A DNA stretch of 15,016 bases from Candidatus Odinarchaeota archaeon (GTDB lineage: Archaea; Asgardarchaeota; Odinarchaeia; Odinarchaeales; Odinarchaeaceae): assembly GCA_038826135.1 (NCBI GenBank), contig JAWBON010000030.1:1-15016 (forward strand), read 5' to 3'. The notes below the pieces were generated by a model that was not told the origin of the DNA, searched no databases, and saw only the letters and a program-made list of their open reading frames with translations. Positions 1 to 7,737 of this stretch are shown here, piece after piece. Numbering within the stretch: position 1 is the stretch's first letter; every line of letters starts with the position of its first letter. The position numbers were made by a program, and so were the translations under genes.

Positions 1-328
1 ATGACGGACCGGTTGTTCCTTTACACCCTCCTAGAATATTTGTGCATATGACAAAGTACTGGTATGTGTCGAAGGCTTTATTCGGACCCACCATGATATC
101 CCACCATCCTACTTGACCTTCTTTGTTTATTCCCGCCACATGTGCGTCAGCTGTTAGGGTGGGCTCAATTAATATAGCGTTGCTTTTATCCTTGTTTAAT
201 TCCCCGTAGGTTTCATAGGCGACCGTAACCGGTTTTAACACAACTCCGCTTGTAAGTGTTAACCCTTCTTCGAATGTGACGTATTTAGTCTCCACTAATC
301 CTACAGTGTTTTCGTCGAGCTGTGTCAT
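1..328 (-). CDS. metX: Homoserine O-acyltransferase (MetX family, alpha/beta hydrolase); N-terminal part only, runs off the left edge; missing from the ORF track
   Basis: Manual translation from ATG at 328: MTQLDENTVGLVETKYVTFEEGLTLTSGVVLKPVTVAYETYGELNKDKSNAILIEPTLTADAHVAGINKEGQVGWWDIMVGPNKAFDTYQYFVICTNILGGCKGTTGPS. Contains the MetX motifs AYETYGELN, GWWD..VGP and N.LGGC.GTTGP. SD GGTGG lies 5 nt upstream; the gene starts 1 nt after the metY stop. Confidence 0.95.
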   Translation of the reverse strand, partial: MTQLDENTVGLVETKYVTFEEGLTLTSGVVLKPVTVAYETYGELNKDKSNAILIEPTLTADAHVAGINKEGQVGWWDIMVGPNKAFDTYQYFVICTNILGGCKGTTGPS

Positions 329-329
329 T

Positions 330-1616
330 TCAACCACCTGCTTTAATCGCGTTATCTAAATCATCTATTAAATCCTCTACATCTTCAACCCCTATGGATA
401 ATCTTATAAAATCGTCTGTGACACCGGCTGCGAGTCTTTCTTTCTCAGTTAACTGTTGATGGGTTGTGCTGGCGGGGTGGATGGCTAGTGATTTCACGTC
501 GCCGATGTTAGCTACATGGGAGAAGATTTTCAGGGAGTCTATGAATTTTTTACCGGCTTTTAATCCTCCTTTAATACCGAAACCTATTATCGCCCCGTAG
601 CCGTTTCTTAAATATTTTCTAGCCAGCTTGTGTGTTGGGTGTTCTGGTAGACCCGGATAGTTAACCCATGTTACAAGAGGGTGCTCGCTTAAATGTTTAG
701 CTATTTTTAAAGCGTTATCGCATTGGCGTTGCATTCTTAAATGAAGTGTTTCAACTCCTTGAAGTATCAGGTAAGCGTTGAAGGGGCTTAGAGACGGGCC
801 TAGGTCTCGGAGAAGCTGGACTCTGGCTTTTGTTATATACGCTTTTTCACCGAAGCTTTTAAGATAGTTTACACCGTGATAGCTGGGGTCAGGTTCCACG
901 ATTCCTTTGAAAGGTCTTCGAGTCCAGTCGAATCTGCCGGAGTCTATTATAATGCCTGCTATAGTGTTTCCGTGGCCGCTGAGGTATTTAGTCATGGAGT
1001 GCACTATTATATCGGCTCCGTATTCGACTGGTTGAATAAGGTATGGTGTAGTGATGGTGTTGTCTATTATTAATGGAATATTATTATCATGAGCTGTTTT
1101 AACAACTTTTTCTAAGTCTATCATATCTAGTTTAGGGTTTCCTAATGTTTCAACGAATACTGCTTTCGTTTTAGAGTTTATTTTCTCGTTAAAGTTTTCG
1201 ACTTCACCGGGATCTACGAAATGTGTTTTCACACCCATTTTTCTCAGCGTGACTGCGAACAGATTGTATGTTCCACCGTAAAGGTTTGAGGATGAAACTA
1301 TTTCATCACCGTTCTCGCATATGTTTAATACTGCGAGCGTGATTGCAGCTTGGCCTGAAGCTGTTGCTAGTGCTCCAACCCCTTTTTCTAACACTGATAT
1401 TTTCTCTTCAAGTATTGATACTGTGGGGTTGCCTATTCTCGAGTAAATGTTACCCTGCTCTTCTAATGAGAAGAGTCTTGCAGCATGGTCTGTGTTCTCG
1501 AAGTAGTATGCGGCTGTCTGGTAGAGTGGTGGGAAGCATGAGCGTGTAGTCGTTTCTCCTCTATATCCGGCGTGAACGACCTGTGTGTTGAATCTTGTTT
1601 TACTCGTGTTTATCAC
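330..1616 (-). CDS. metY: O-acetylhomoserine aminocarboxypropyltransferase / sulfhydrylase (PLP-dependent, Cys/Met metabolism family)
   Basis: Motifs [26 protein letters not shown] (PLP lysine), [17 protein letters not shown]. Adjacent to metX. The start is either GTG at 1616 (inside the SD motif) or ACG at 1607 (see findings). Confidence 0.95.
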   Translation of the reverse strand: MINTSKTRFNTQVVHAGYRGETTTRSCFPPLYQTAAYYFENTDHAARLFSLEEQGNIYSRIGNPTVSILEEKISVLEKGVGALATASGQAAITLAVLNICENGDEIVSSSNLYGGTYNLFAVTLRKMGVKTHFVDPGEVENFNEKINSKTKAVFVETLGNPKLDMIDLEKVVKTAHDNNIPLIIDNTITTPYLIQPVEYGADIIVHSMTKYLSGHGNTIAGIIIDSGRFDWTRRPFKGIVEPDPSYHGVNYLKSFGEKAYITKARVQLLRDLGPSLSPFNAYLILQGVETLHLRMQRQCDNALKIAKHLSEHPLVTWVNYPGLPEHPTHKLARKYLRNGYGAIIGFGIKGGLKAGKKFIDSLKIFSHVANIGDVKSLAIHPASTTHQQLTEKERLAAGVTDDFIRLSIGVEDVEDLIDDLDNAIKAGG

Positions 1617-1650
1617 CTCTAATTACTCATAGTAATATTATGATACCGAA

Positions 1651-1658
1651 TTATTAAA
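1651..1658 (-). promoter_or_regulatory. Candidate TATA box (TTTAATAA) for the metY-metX operon
   Basis: Resembles the archaeal TTTAWATA consensus. Spacing would place the transcription start near 1630. The region is AT-rich, so this is not unique. Confidence 0.4.
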
Positions 1659-1744
1659 CGTAGTATATATAACATGTATATAATAGTTTCGCACATCATA
1701 AAAATAATTCTTAAAATCCACACACCTTTAAGAGGTAGTTCCGA

Positions 1745-2623
1745 TTGAAAATCGCGATAATAAGCGGTGATAATAAACTAGGCTGGCCTGGACAGCGATT
1801 AATCCGCGAGATAGAGCAGGCCGGCCATAAGCCTTTATTAATTAAATAAGACCAGCTCAGCGCTCTAATATCGGAGGAGCATAAATTCTATTTTAACAAT
1901 GATTCTTTAATGTTCGACGGAGGTATACTGAGAGGTTTAGGTTCAGCTAGCACTGATGAGATAACGTTTCGCATATCGCTCCTAGAGCACATTAACTTTG
2001 ATAAGAAAATATTGATAAACGATCCTTACGCTTTTAGAAGAGCTAAAGACAAGTACGCTTCACTGCTTCTTTTAAGCAAGAATAAAATACCTGTTCCTAA
2101 AACCTTCGTCACAGAGAACGCGGAGCAGGCTTATAGAATTGCAGAGCAGTGGGGTAACGTGGTGATAAAGCCTTTAATAGGATCCAGAGGTCTAGGGCCG
2201 GTTAAATCCGATAACCCTGATCTATCCTATAGAATAATTAAAACACTTAGACGGTTAAACCAAGTAATATACATTCAAGAATATGTTCAGAAACCTGGAA
2301 GGGATATCCGGGTTTTTGTCATAGGCGGCCGCGTGATAGGGGGGATATATCGTATAGCCCCGCCGGGAGAGTGGAAAACTAATATCGCAGTGGGGGCTAA
2401 AGCTTGTAAAATAGTTTTAAACAGTGAGCTTCAAGAATTATCTGTTAAAACAGCTAATATTCTAGGCTTAGACTATACTGGTATAGATATATTAGAGGCT
2501 GGTGACGGCTATAAAATAGTTGAAGCTAATGCAGCGCCTTCATGGAGCGGGCTTGACAAAGCTTTGAAAATTAACACGGCTAAACTTATAATTGAACATC
2601 TTTTAGGTAAGATACATGGTTAA
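1745..2623 (+). pseudogene. RimK-family ATP-grasp glutamate ligase (CofF/MptN-like) interrupted by an in-frame TAA at 1847-1849; the ORF track shows only 1910-2623
   Basis: SD GAGGT at 1732-1736, then TTG at 1745 opens MKIAIISGDNKLGWPGQRLIREIEQAGHKPLLIK*DQLSALISEEHKFYFNNDSL, which is in frame with MFDGGILRG at 1910. Downstream ATP-grasp motifs: DKY, KPLIGSRGLG, QEYV, DIRVFVIGG, WKTN, GIDIL, EANAAP. The ligase call is strong; pseudogene status could be a sequencing error. Confidence 0.75.
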
Positions 2624-3264
2624 AGTATGTGAGCAAGGTACAGGGATGTTTTCCTTAAACCGCCTATGCTCACCACCTGGTATGCGTCTTCCGGTGTATC
2701 TAAGTCTAACGCTAAATCTTGAGAATCATATATTAAAGGGCTTAAACCTTTTTTCAAAGCTTCGAAAACATGTTTTCTGAAACTGTTCTCTCCGTAATGA
2801 AAATTTATAATATGACCGGGTTGAAGAGCTATTAAATTAGTTCCATTGTCATGAGCTGGAGATATAACTATAGCCGGCTTGGAGCATGAGATTATTTTAA
2901 TAATTTCCTCCACAGTTTCACACTTAACAAGAGGTAGATCGGATGGAAGTATTATAATCGGGTGGTCTGCTATTTCACTGGGGGGTTCAGATAAGAATTC
3001 TTGAAGCGAGTTATTAATATCCAAGCCGTGTTTTTGAATAACAACGTTCACATTACGGTAAGAGGCTGTTTTCATAATGATATCATCATCTGTTAAAATA
3101 TAGATGTTATTTACAAGGCTTGAAGTATTCAACTCTCTGATTATATCCTCTAACATAACTAAGACTAGTAGCTGCCGTTGCTCATCTTTAAGAATAGGTG
3201 AAAGCCTATTTTTACTATTTGAAAGATTTTTCACAGGTATGATGATATTAGCTTTAAAATGCAA
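2620..3264 (-). CDS. cofC: 2-phospho-L-lactate/phosphoenolpyruvate guanylyltransferase (F420 biosynthesis, CofC/FbiD)
   Basis: IIPVKNLSNSKNRLSPIL, PSDLP, GTN, YGENSFRKH and DLDTPED motifs. TTG start with SD GGTGA 6 nt upstream; starts 1 nt after the cofD stop. Confidence 0.93.
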   Translation of the reverse strand: MHFKANIIIPVKNLSNSKNRLSPILKDEQRQLLVLVMLEDIIRELNTSSLVNNIYILTDDDIIMKTASYRNVNVVIQKHGLDINNSLQEFLSEPPSEIADHPIIILPSDLPLVKCETVEEIIKIISCSKPAIVISPAHDNGTNLIALQPGHIINFHYGENSFRKHVFEALKKGLSPLIYDSQDLALDLDTPEDAYQVVSIGGLRKTSLYLAHIL

Positions 3265-3265
3265 T

Positions 3266-4213
3266 CTAATTCACCTTTAACCCGCATACTCCTAATATAA
3301 ATTCGCTAAGCTTCACCTTATCGCTGAAAGTATTCATAACAGTGTTCGTAGCGTAGACTCTGTAACCTAATTCTTCAATTCTAGAAGATAGGCGGCTGTC
3401 ACGTTCATCTAATATGAATATGTCTGCTAAACCCTTATAATACTCTGCTACGCCGACAGCTGAAACCTCTAATCCCATCCCCGCCATGAATTTATCAGCA
3501 GGCCCTTTCAATGGAGTTCCCTGAATTATAGGGGTTACTGCTACGCGTACTCCTTTCGCCTTCTGTAACTGTTCACGGATATCTTTAACTGAGAGAATCG
3601 GGCCGATGGAGGCTACGGGATTACTAGGGCATATAATTATAATATCCGCTTCGATTATACTCTCTAAAACCTTTTCACCGGGTTTAGCCTCAGCCGCCCC
3701 CTCATATATCACGTGTAAAACAGGGTCTTTGCACATTCTTTTCACAAAATATTCTTGAAACGGGATAACTACATTAGGCTTTATCATAATCATGGTTCTA
3801 ACCCTGTTATCACTCATCGGAAGTAAATTAATATTTTTCAACCCTAATGCATTGCATAATATTTTAGTGACTTTTGACAGACTGTAGCCTCTCGCTAACA
3901 GTTCACTTCTAAATATATGGGTTGCCAGATCGCAGTCACCTAGATTAAACCAGTCCTCTCTTTTATAAAATTTGGTAAGAGCTTTTAAACAATTGAAAGT
4001 ATCGTTTCTAACACCCCAACCTTTATCCTCGTCAACTATGCCGGCTAAAGTATACATTAAAATATCTAAGTCAGGGGAGATGTAAAGCCCGAAAAGTTCA
4101 AGGTCGTCTCCTGTATTGCAGATCACATTCAACTGTTTTCCGCCTATGATACTGTACACTCCTTTAACAAGTTTAGCTCCGCCAACCCCGCCGCTTAACA
4201 TTGTTATCTTCAA
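3266..4213 (-). CDS. cofD: 2-phospho-L-lactate transferase (F420-0 synthase, CofD/FbiA)
   Basis: LSGGVGGAKL, NTGDD, SPDLD, LGDCDLATH, PMSD, FQEYFV, PSNP.ASIGPIL and GPADK motifs. TTG start with SD GGAGG 6 nt upstream. Confidence 0.96.
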   Translation of the reverse strand: MKITMLSGGVGGAKLVKGVYSIIGGKQLNVICNTGDDLELFGLYISPDLDILMYTLAGIVDEDKGWGVRNDTFNCLKALTKFYKREDWFNLGDCDLATHIFRSELLARGYSLSKVTKILCNALGLKNINLLPMSDNRVRTMIMIKPNVVIPFQEYFVKRMCKDPVLHVIYEGAAEAKPGEKVLESIIEADIIIICPSNPVASIGPILSVKDIREQLQKAKGVRVAVTPIIQGTPLKGPADKFMAGMGLEVSAVGVAEYYKGLADIFILDERDSRLSSRIEELGYRVYATNTVMNTFSDKVKLSEFILGVCGLKVN

Positions 4214-4223
4214 AAAAAGCCTC

Positions 4224-4859
4224 CTATTTCAAAGGTTTGTCTATAACTGTGATTAGCCTGGTTATTTCCATCCTAGGCGGCGGACTGGGCTGCTCTGCAG
4301 GGTACCCCATCACTATAAATGCTTGCGGAGTATACTCTTCCGGTAAAAACAGGCTATCGCGAATCAGTTTTCTGCAAAATAATGGTGCGCACATCCAGCA
4401 GGCTCCTAAACCTTCAATATGAGCGCCTAATAAAATATTTTGAACAGCAGCCGCCACGCTTTGAACCCCCATTATAAACTCGTTTTCAACTCTATCCGTA
4501 TCCTTATAACTCCACAAAGCGTTTTTATCCAAGCAAACCAGGATTAAAACAGGTGATGTGAGGAGCATAGCTTTCGACTTTAAAAGTCTTTTCTCAACCT
4601 CTTTTTCCGGTAAACCATCCTTCCTCATATCCGACTCGTATAAAGCCGCCATCTTCTCTGTGAGAGTGCGTTTAACCTCCTGGTTTACGACTATTATAAA
4701 CCTCCAAGGCTGACAGTTATGAGCTGACGGAGCCCAAACCCCGTAGCTTAACACTTTTAAAACTCTGTTTAAAGATACAGCTCTCTTCTTGAATACGCGT
4801 ATACTCCTCCTGGAAAATATTACCCGCCGGATTTGATCCTTACTTTCTTTTAAACTCAT
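4224..4859 (-). CDS. Stand-alone nitroreductase-fold protein resembling the FbiB C-terminal domain / FbiE (putative dehydro-F420-0 reductase)
   Basis: Nitroreductase motifs RRSIRVF, APSAHNCQPWRF, AAAVQNILL and GLGACW, plus an FbiB-C-like insert (YESDMRKDGLPEKEVEKRL ... YKDTDRVENEF). First gene of the cofD-cofC operon. Probable start is ATG 4859 (SD GAGGGTGA 4 nt upstream); the track starts at 4880. Confidence 0.8.
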   Translation of the reverse strand: MSLKESKDQIRRVIFSRRSIRVFKKRAVSLNRVLKVLSYGVWAPSAHNCQPWRFIIVVNQEVKRTLTEKMAALYESDMRKDGLPEKEVEKRLLKSKAMLLTSPVLILVCLDKNALWSYKDTDRVENEFIMGVQSVAAAVQNILLGAHIEGLGACWMCAPLFCRKLIRDSLFLPEEYTPQAFIVMGYPAEQPSPPPRMEITRLITVIDKPLK

Positions 4860-4892
4860 ATATTCACCCTCATAAAACATGGGTTTAAAATA

Positions 4893-4902
4893 CAGTTAAC
4901 TG
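4893..4902. promoter_or_regulatory. Perfect palindrome CAGTTAACTG upstream of the F420 operon; possible operator
   Basis: Seen directly in the nikR/nitroreductase intergenic region, between a minus-strand TTTTAAAA (4918-4911) and the gene start. Function is inferred only. Confidence 0.25.
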
Positions 4903-4958
4903 GTTTCACATTTTAAAATCGTTTAAGCTTATATGAAGGATTTATACATGGTAAACAC

Positions 4959-5366
4959 TTATTTTACTAATACGAGTTTACTCATTTCAACGCCTTTCTT
5001 ATGGCCTAAATTATCCGCTAAATCTCTCAGCCGCTCACCCTTCCCTTCAACAGCCAGTATTTCTAGGCATTTATGCTCGTCAAGGTGAAGGTGGATGGTT
5101 GTCTTAATATTTTCATGGAAAACATGCTGGATGCGAGTAAGATAGTCAGATATACCGGGAACATCATGATTATACATGAAAAGTAATGCGCCGATAAACC
5201 TGCTATTCTCCTCATACCGCCATTTATTCTCGGTTATAAAAAATCTTAAAGCATCTCTTATACCCTCCGACCGTTTAAAGTATTTCCTATCCTTAATAAA
5301 ATCATCAAACTCTTTTAACAGCTCCTCTGGCAGTGTCATGCTAACTCTTACAAATTTCCCCGTCAT
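4959..5366 (-). CDS. nikR: Nickel-responsive transcriptional regulator (ribbon-helix-helix plus ACT-like metal-binding domain)
   Basis: N-terminal RVSMTLPEELLKEFD...RSEGIRDALR (RHH). C-terminal Ni ligands in QH...HLH.....C (IQHVFHENIKTTIHLHLDEHKCLEI). Confidence 0.92.
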   Translation of the reverse strand: MTGKFVRVSMTLPEELLKEFDDFIKDRKYFKRSEGIRDALRFFITENKWRYEENSRFIGALLFMYNHDVPGISDYLTRIQHVFHENIKTTIHLHLDEHKCLEILAVEGKGERLRDLADNLGHKKGVEMSKLVLVK

Positions 5367-5524
5367 ATATATCCCGTCTAAAACAATTCGTAATCTTATA
5401 ATTAGCTTCGTATAATTTTAAGATATTTTATATTTATAGTTAAATACGTTATAGAAACTTTAAATAAAATTTTTATATGGCTTTTACTACACGATTCTGA
5501 AGGTGTTTTTCCGGTGGTATCAAG

Positions 5525-6211
5525 ATGCGTTTAATCTTAGATAAAACATTGGATGAAAAAGTTAAAGGGATAACAGTGGCCTCCGCTTTAATAGAGGGTG
5601 TGACTATCAGACAGGTAGATGAAAAAATTCTAGCCGGGATTGAAGGGAAGCTGAAAGATATCGCTTCTCTAAGATTCAAGGACCCGGATACGTTAATCAC
5701 CTCGGAGACTATTGTAAGATACCAAGCTTTTTTCAGAGATGTTTTGAAACTTAATCTCATAAATATTAAGCCTGCTAACGAAGTTTACGGAAGTGCTATA
5801 TTTACAGGTCTTAGAATAGAGTCTGGTAAACTGCCTGCTAGTCTAGTCAACTATATAAGTGGAGCGGTAGGTTTACCGGTTTTCATATTTGATAAAGATA
5901 AGCTAGATGGTGATATTATTTTAAAATACGCTTCAGGAGGAGAGTTTTTCAACTCAGATACTATAGGTGATATAACCTTAGAGGAGAAAGATATTATATT
6001 CCAGGATGATAAAAAACCATTCTTCCTATACCCGTACGCTGCTTCGAAAAATGTTCAAGTTGACTCAGAGTCTAAGAATGTCTTCATCTCGGTTTGCGGT
6101 GTGCCTGGGGTTTCAGGCATTGACCTGCTATGGTCTCTTAAACTAACAGTTAAAATCTTTAATAAAATCTTTAAGGGTAAGGCTAAACCAGTATTCCAGG
6201 AGAACGCTTAA
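5525..6211 (+). CDS. Stand-alone B3/4 (PheRS beta editing-like) domain protein, divergent
   Basis: Size and pattern (YQAFF...KPANE...LVNYISGAVGLPVFIFDKDKLDGDIILKYASGGEFF...EKDIIFQDD) match free-standing B3/4 proteins. SD GGTGG 7 nt upstream of the ATG. Confidence 0.7.
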   Translation: MRLILDKTLDEKVKGITVASALIEGVTIRQVDEKILAGIEGKLKDIASLRFKDPDTLITSETIVRYQAFFRDVLKLNLINIKPANEVYGSAIFTGLRIESGKLPASLVNYISGAVGLPVFIFDKDKLDGDIILKYASGGEFFNSDTIGDITLEEKDIIFQDDKKPFFLYPYAASKNVQVDSESKNVFISVCGVPGVSGIDLLWSLKLTVKIFNKIFKGKAKPVFQENA

Positions 6212-6212
6212 T

Positions 6213-7685
6213 ATGAATACTCAAATTGAAAAGCCTAAAATGGTCCCTCCTAAGAAGGATTTCGCGGAATGGTATAATGAAGTTCTCAGAATGGCGGATA
6301 TAGTGGACACAACTTATCCTGTTAAAGGTTTTCAAACATGGCTTTCATACGGTTGGAAGATCAGAAACTCTGTTTTCAACATTGTTAGAAATCTTTTAAC
6401 GGAGACCGGTCATGAAGAATACTATTTTCCTCTTCTCATACCCGACAATCTTTTCAGCGTGGAGAAGGAGATGGCTAGAGGATTCGAAGGAGAGGTTTAC
6501 TGGGTTACGAAGGGTGGTATTAACCCGCTGGCTGTTAAGCTTGCGATAAGACCGACAAGCGAGATACCTATCTACCTTATGTTTTCGAAATGGATTCGAA
6601 GCTACACTGATCTACCGCTTAAAGTCTGGCAGCTTGTTAACACTGTTAGATATGAGACTAAGGCGACTAAGCCTTTAATAAGAGTAAGAGAGATAACCAG
6701 TTTTAAAGAAGCTCACACAGCCCACTCTACGAGTGAAGATGCTTTAAAACAGATCGATGAGGCTGTGAAAATATATAAGGAATTGTTTGACAGAGTCGGT
6801 GTCCCGTATATTATAAGTAGAAGACCTGAATACGATAAGTTCCCGGGGGCGGAATACTCTATAGCTTTTGACACAATATTCCCGGATGGTAGAACCCTCC
6901 AGATAGGCACCGTCCACTATCACGGGCAGAGATTCTCAAGGTCTTTCGACATTAAATTCTTAGACAGTAAAGGAGTGAACCAGTACGCTTACACTACCTG
7001 CTACGGTTTATCGGAGCGTGTGATAGCTAGTATTCTCGCTATACACGGAGATGATCACGGTCTTAAACTACCACCGCAGATCGCTCCAATAGATATTGTA
7101 ATCATCCCTATAACAGCTGGTAAAGAAACTGATAATAAAGTATTAGAATACGCTTCAAAAATCAAAGACACGGTTTCTAGAAAATTCACAGTTCAAATAG
7201 ACAGTCGAGACTTAAGGCCTGGTAAAAAATATTATGAATGGGAGCTTAAAGGCGTCCCGCTTAGAATTGAAATCGGTGTAAAAGAGGTTGAGAATGGGAC
7301 AGTGACAGTTTTCAGACGTGACAATTTTAAAAAGATTAATCTGAAAACAGATAACCTGCTTGAAGATATTGAGAAACTTATGAGTGAACTTGAAGACAGT
7401 ATGTTCGCGGAAGCTGATAAAGCTGTAAAATCTAGAATATACCAAGCAGATGTTTTCTTCTCACTTGACGGTGAAGACGCTATATCCATGCTTGTGGATG
7501 AGGAGACCGGTGAATTTAAAGGTGGTATAATCGAAGTCCCTGTGTGCGATAACATTAAATGCGAGTTGCAGATATCTAATTATTTAACTGTTTTAGGTGA
7601 ACCTCTGGAGCCTAGGAGCGTTAAAGGTAAATGTATTTGCGGTAGGAAAGCAGTAAAAATTATAAGAGTTTCAAAACAGTACTAA
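6213..7685 (+). CDS. proS: Proline--tRNA ligase, archaeal/eukaryotic type (no INS editing domain; C-terminal Zn-binding-like domain ending in Tyr)
   Basis: DFAEWY, YPVKG, IRPTSE, class II motif 2 (RYETKATKPLIRVREI..FKEAH), QIGTVH, motif 3 (CYGLSERVI), anticodon domain (GVPLRIEIG), C-terminal Cys cluster and terminal Y. Confidence 0.97.
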   Translation: MNTQIEKPKMVPPKKDFAEWYNEVLRMADIVDTTYPVKGFQTWLSYGWKIRNSVFNIVRNLLTETGHEEYYFPLLIPDNLFSVEKEMARGFEGEVYWVTKGGINPLAVKLAIRPTSEIPIYLMFSKWIRSYTDLPLKVWQLVNTVRYETKATKPLIRVREITSFKEAHTAHSTSEDALKQIDEAVKIYKELFDRVGVPYIISRRPEYDKFPGAEYSIAFDTIFPDGRTLQIGTVHYHGQRFSRSFDIKFLDSKGVNQYAYTTCYGLSERVIASILAIHGDDHGLKLPPQIAPIDIVIIPITAGKETDNKVLEYASKIKDTVSRKFTVQIDSRDLRPGKKYYEWELKGVPLRIEIGVKEVENGTVTVFRRDNFKKINLKTDNLLEDIEKLMSELEDSMFAEADKAVKSRIYQADVFFSLDGEDAISMLVDEETGEFKGGIIEVPVCDNIKCELQISNYLTVLGEPLEPRSVKGKCICGRKAVKIIRVSKQY

Positions 7686-7737
7686 CTTGTTTAAATAATA
7701 TAGGTTGGTGATATTCCTGTTTGAGAGAAGAGAAGAG

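Noticed and set aside
876-1549. Plus-strand ORFs 876-1073 and 1343-1549
   Set aside because: Short, antisense to the well-supported metY, no recognisable motifs; shadow ORFs.
1617-1744. Possible SAM riboswitch or attenuator upstream of metY
   Set aside because: The region is short and AT-rich, with no SAM-I/II conserved elements or stable stems visible.
1847-1885. Selenocysteine or pyrrolysine recoding of the ligase stop
   Set aside because: The codon is TAA, not TGA or TAG, and only a weak 4-5 bp stem (GCTC/GAGC) follows.
4201-5760. ORFs 4201-4422 (+), 5176-5415 (+) and 5473-5760 (-)
   Set aside because: Antisense to the nitroreductase/cofD, nikR and B3/4 genes; no motifs.
6713-7555. Minus-strand ORFs 6713-6910, 7212-7445 and 7232-7555
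   Set aside because: Entirely antisense to proS.
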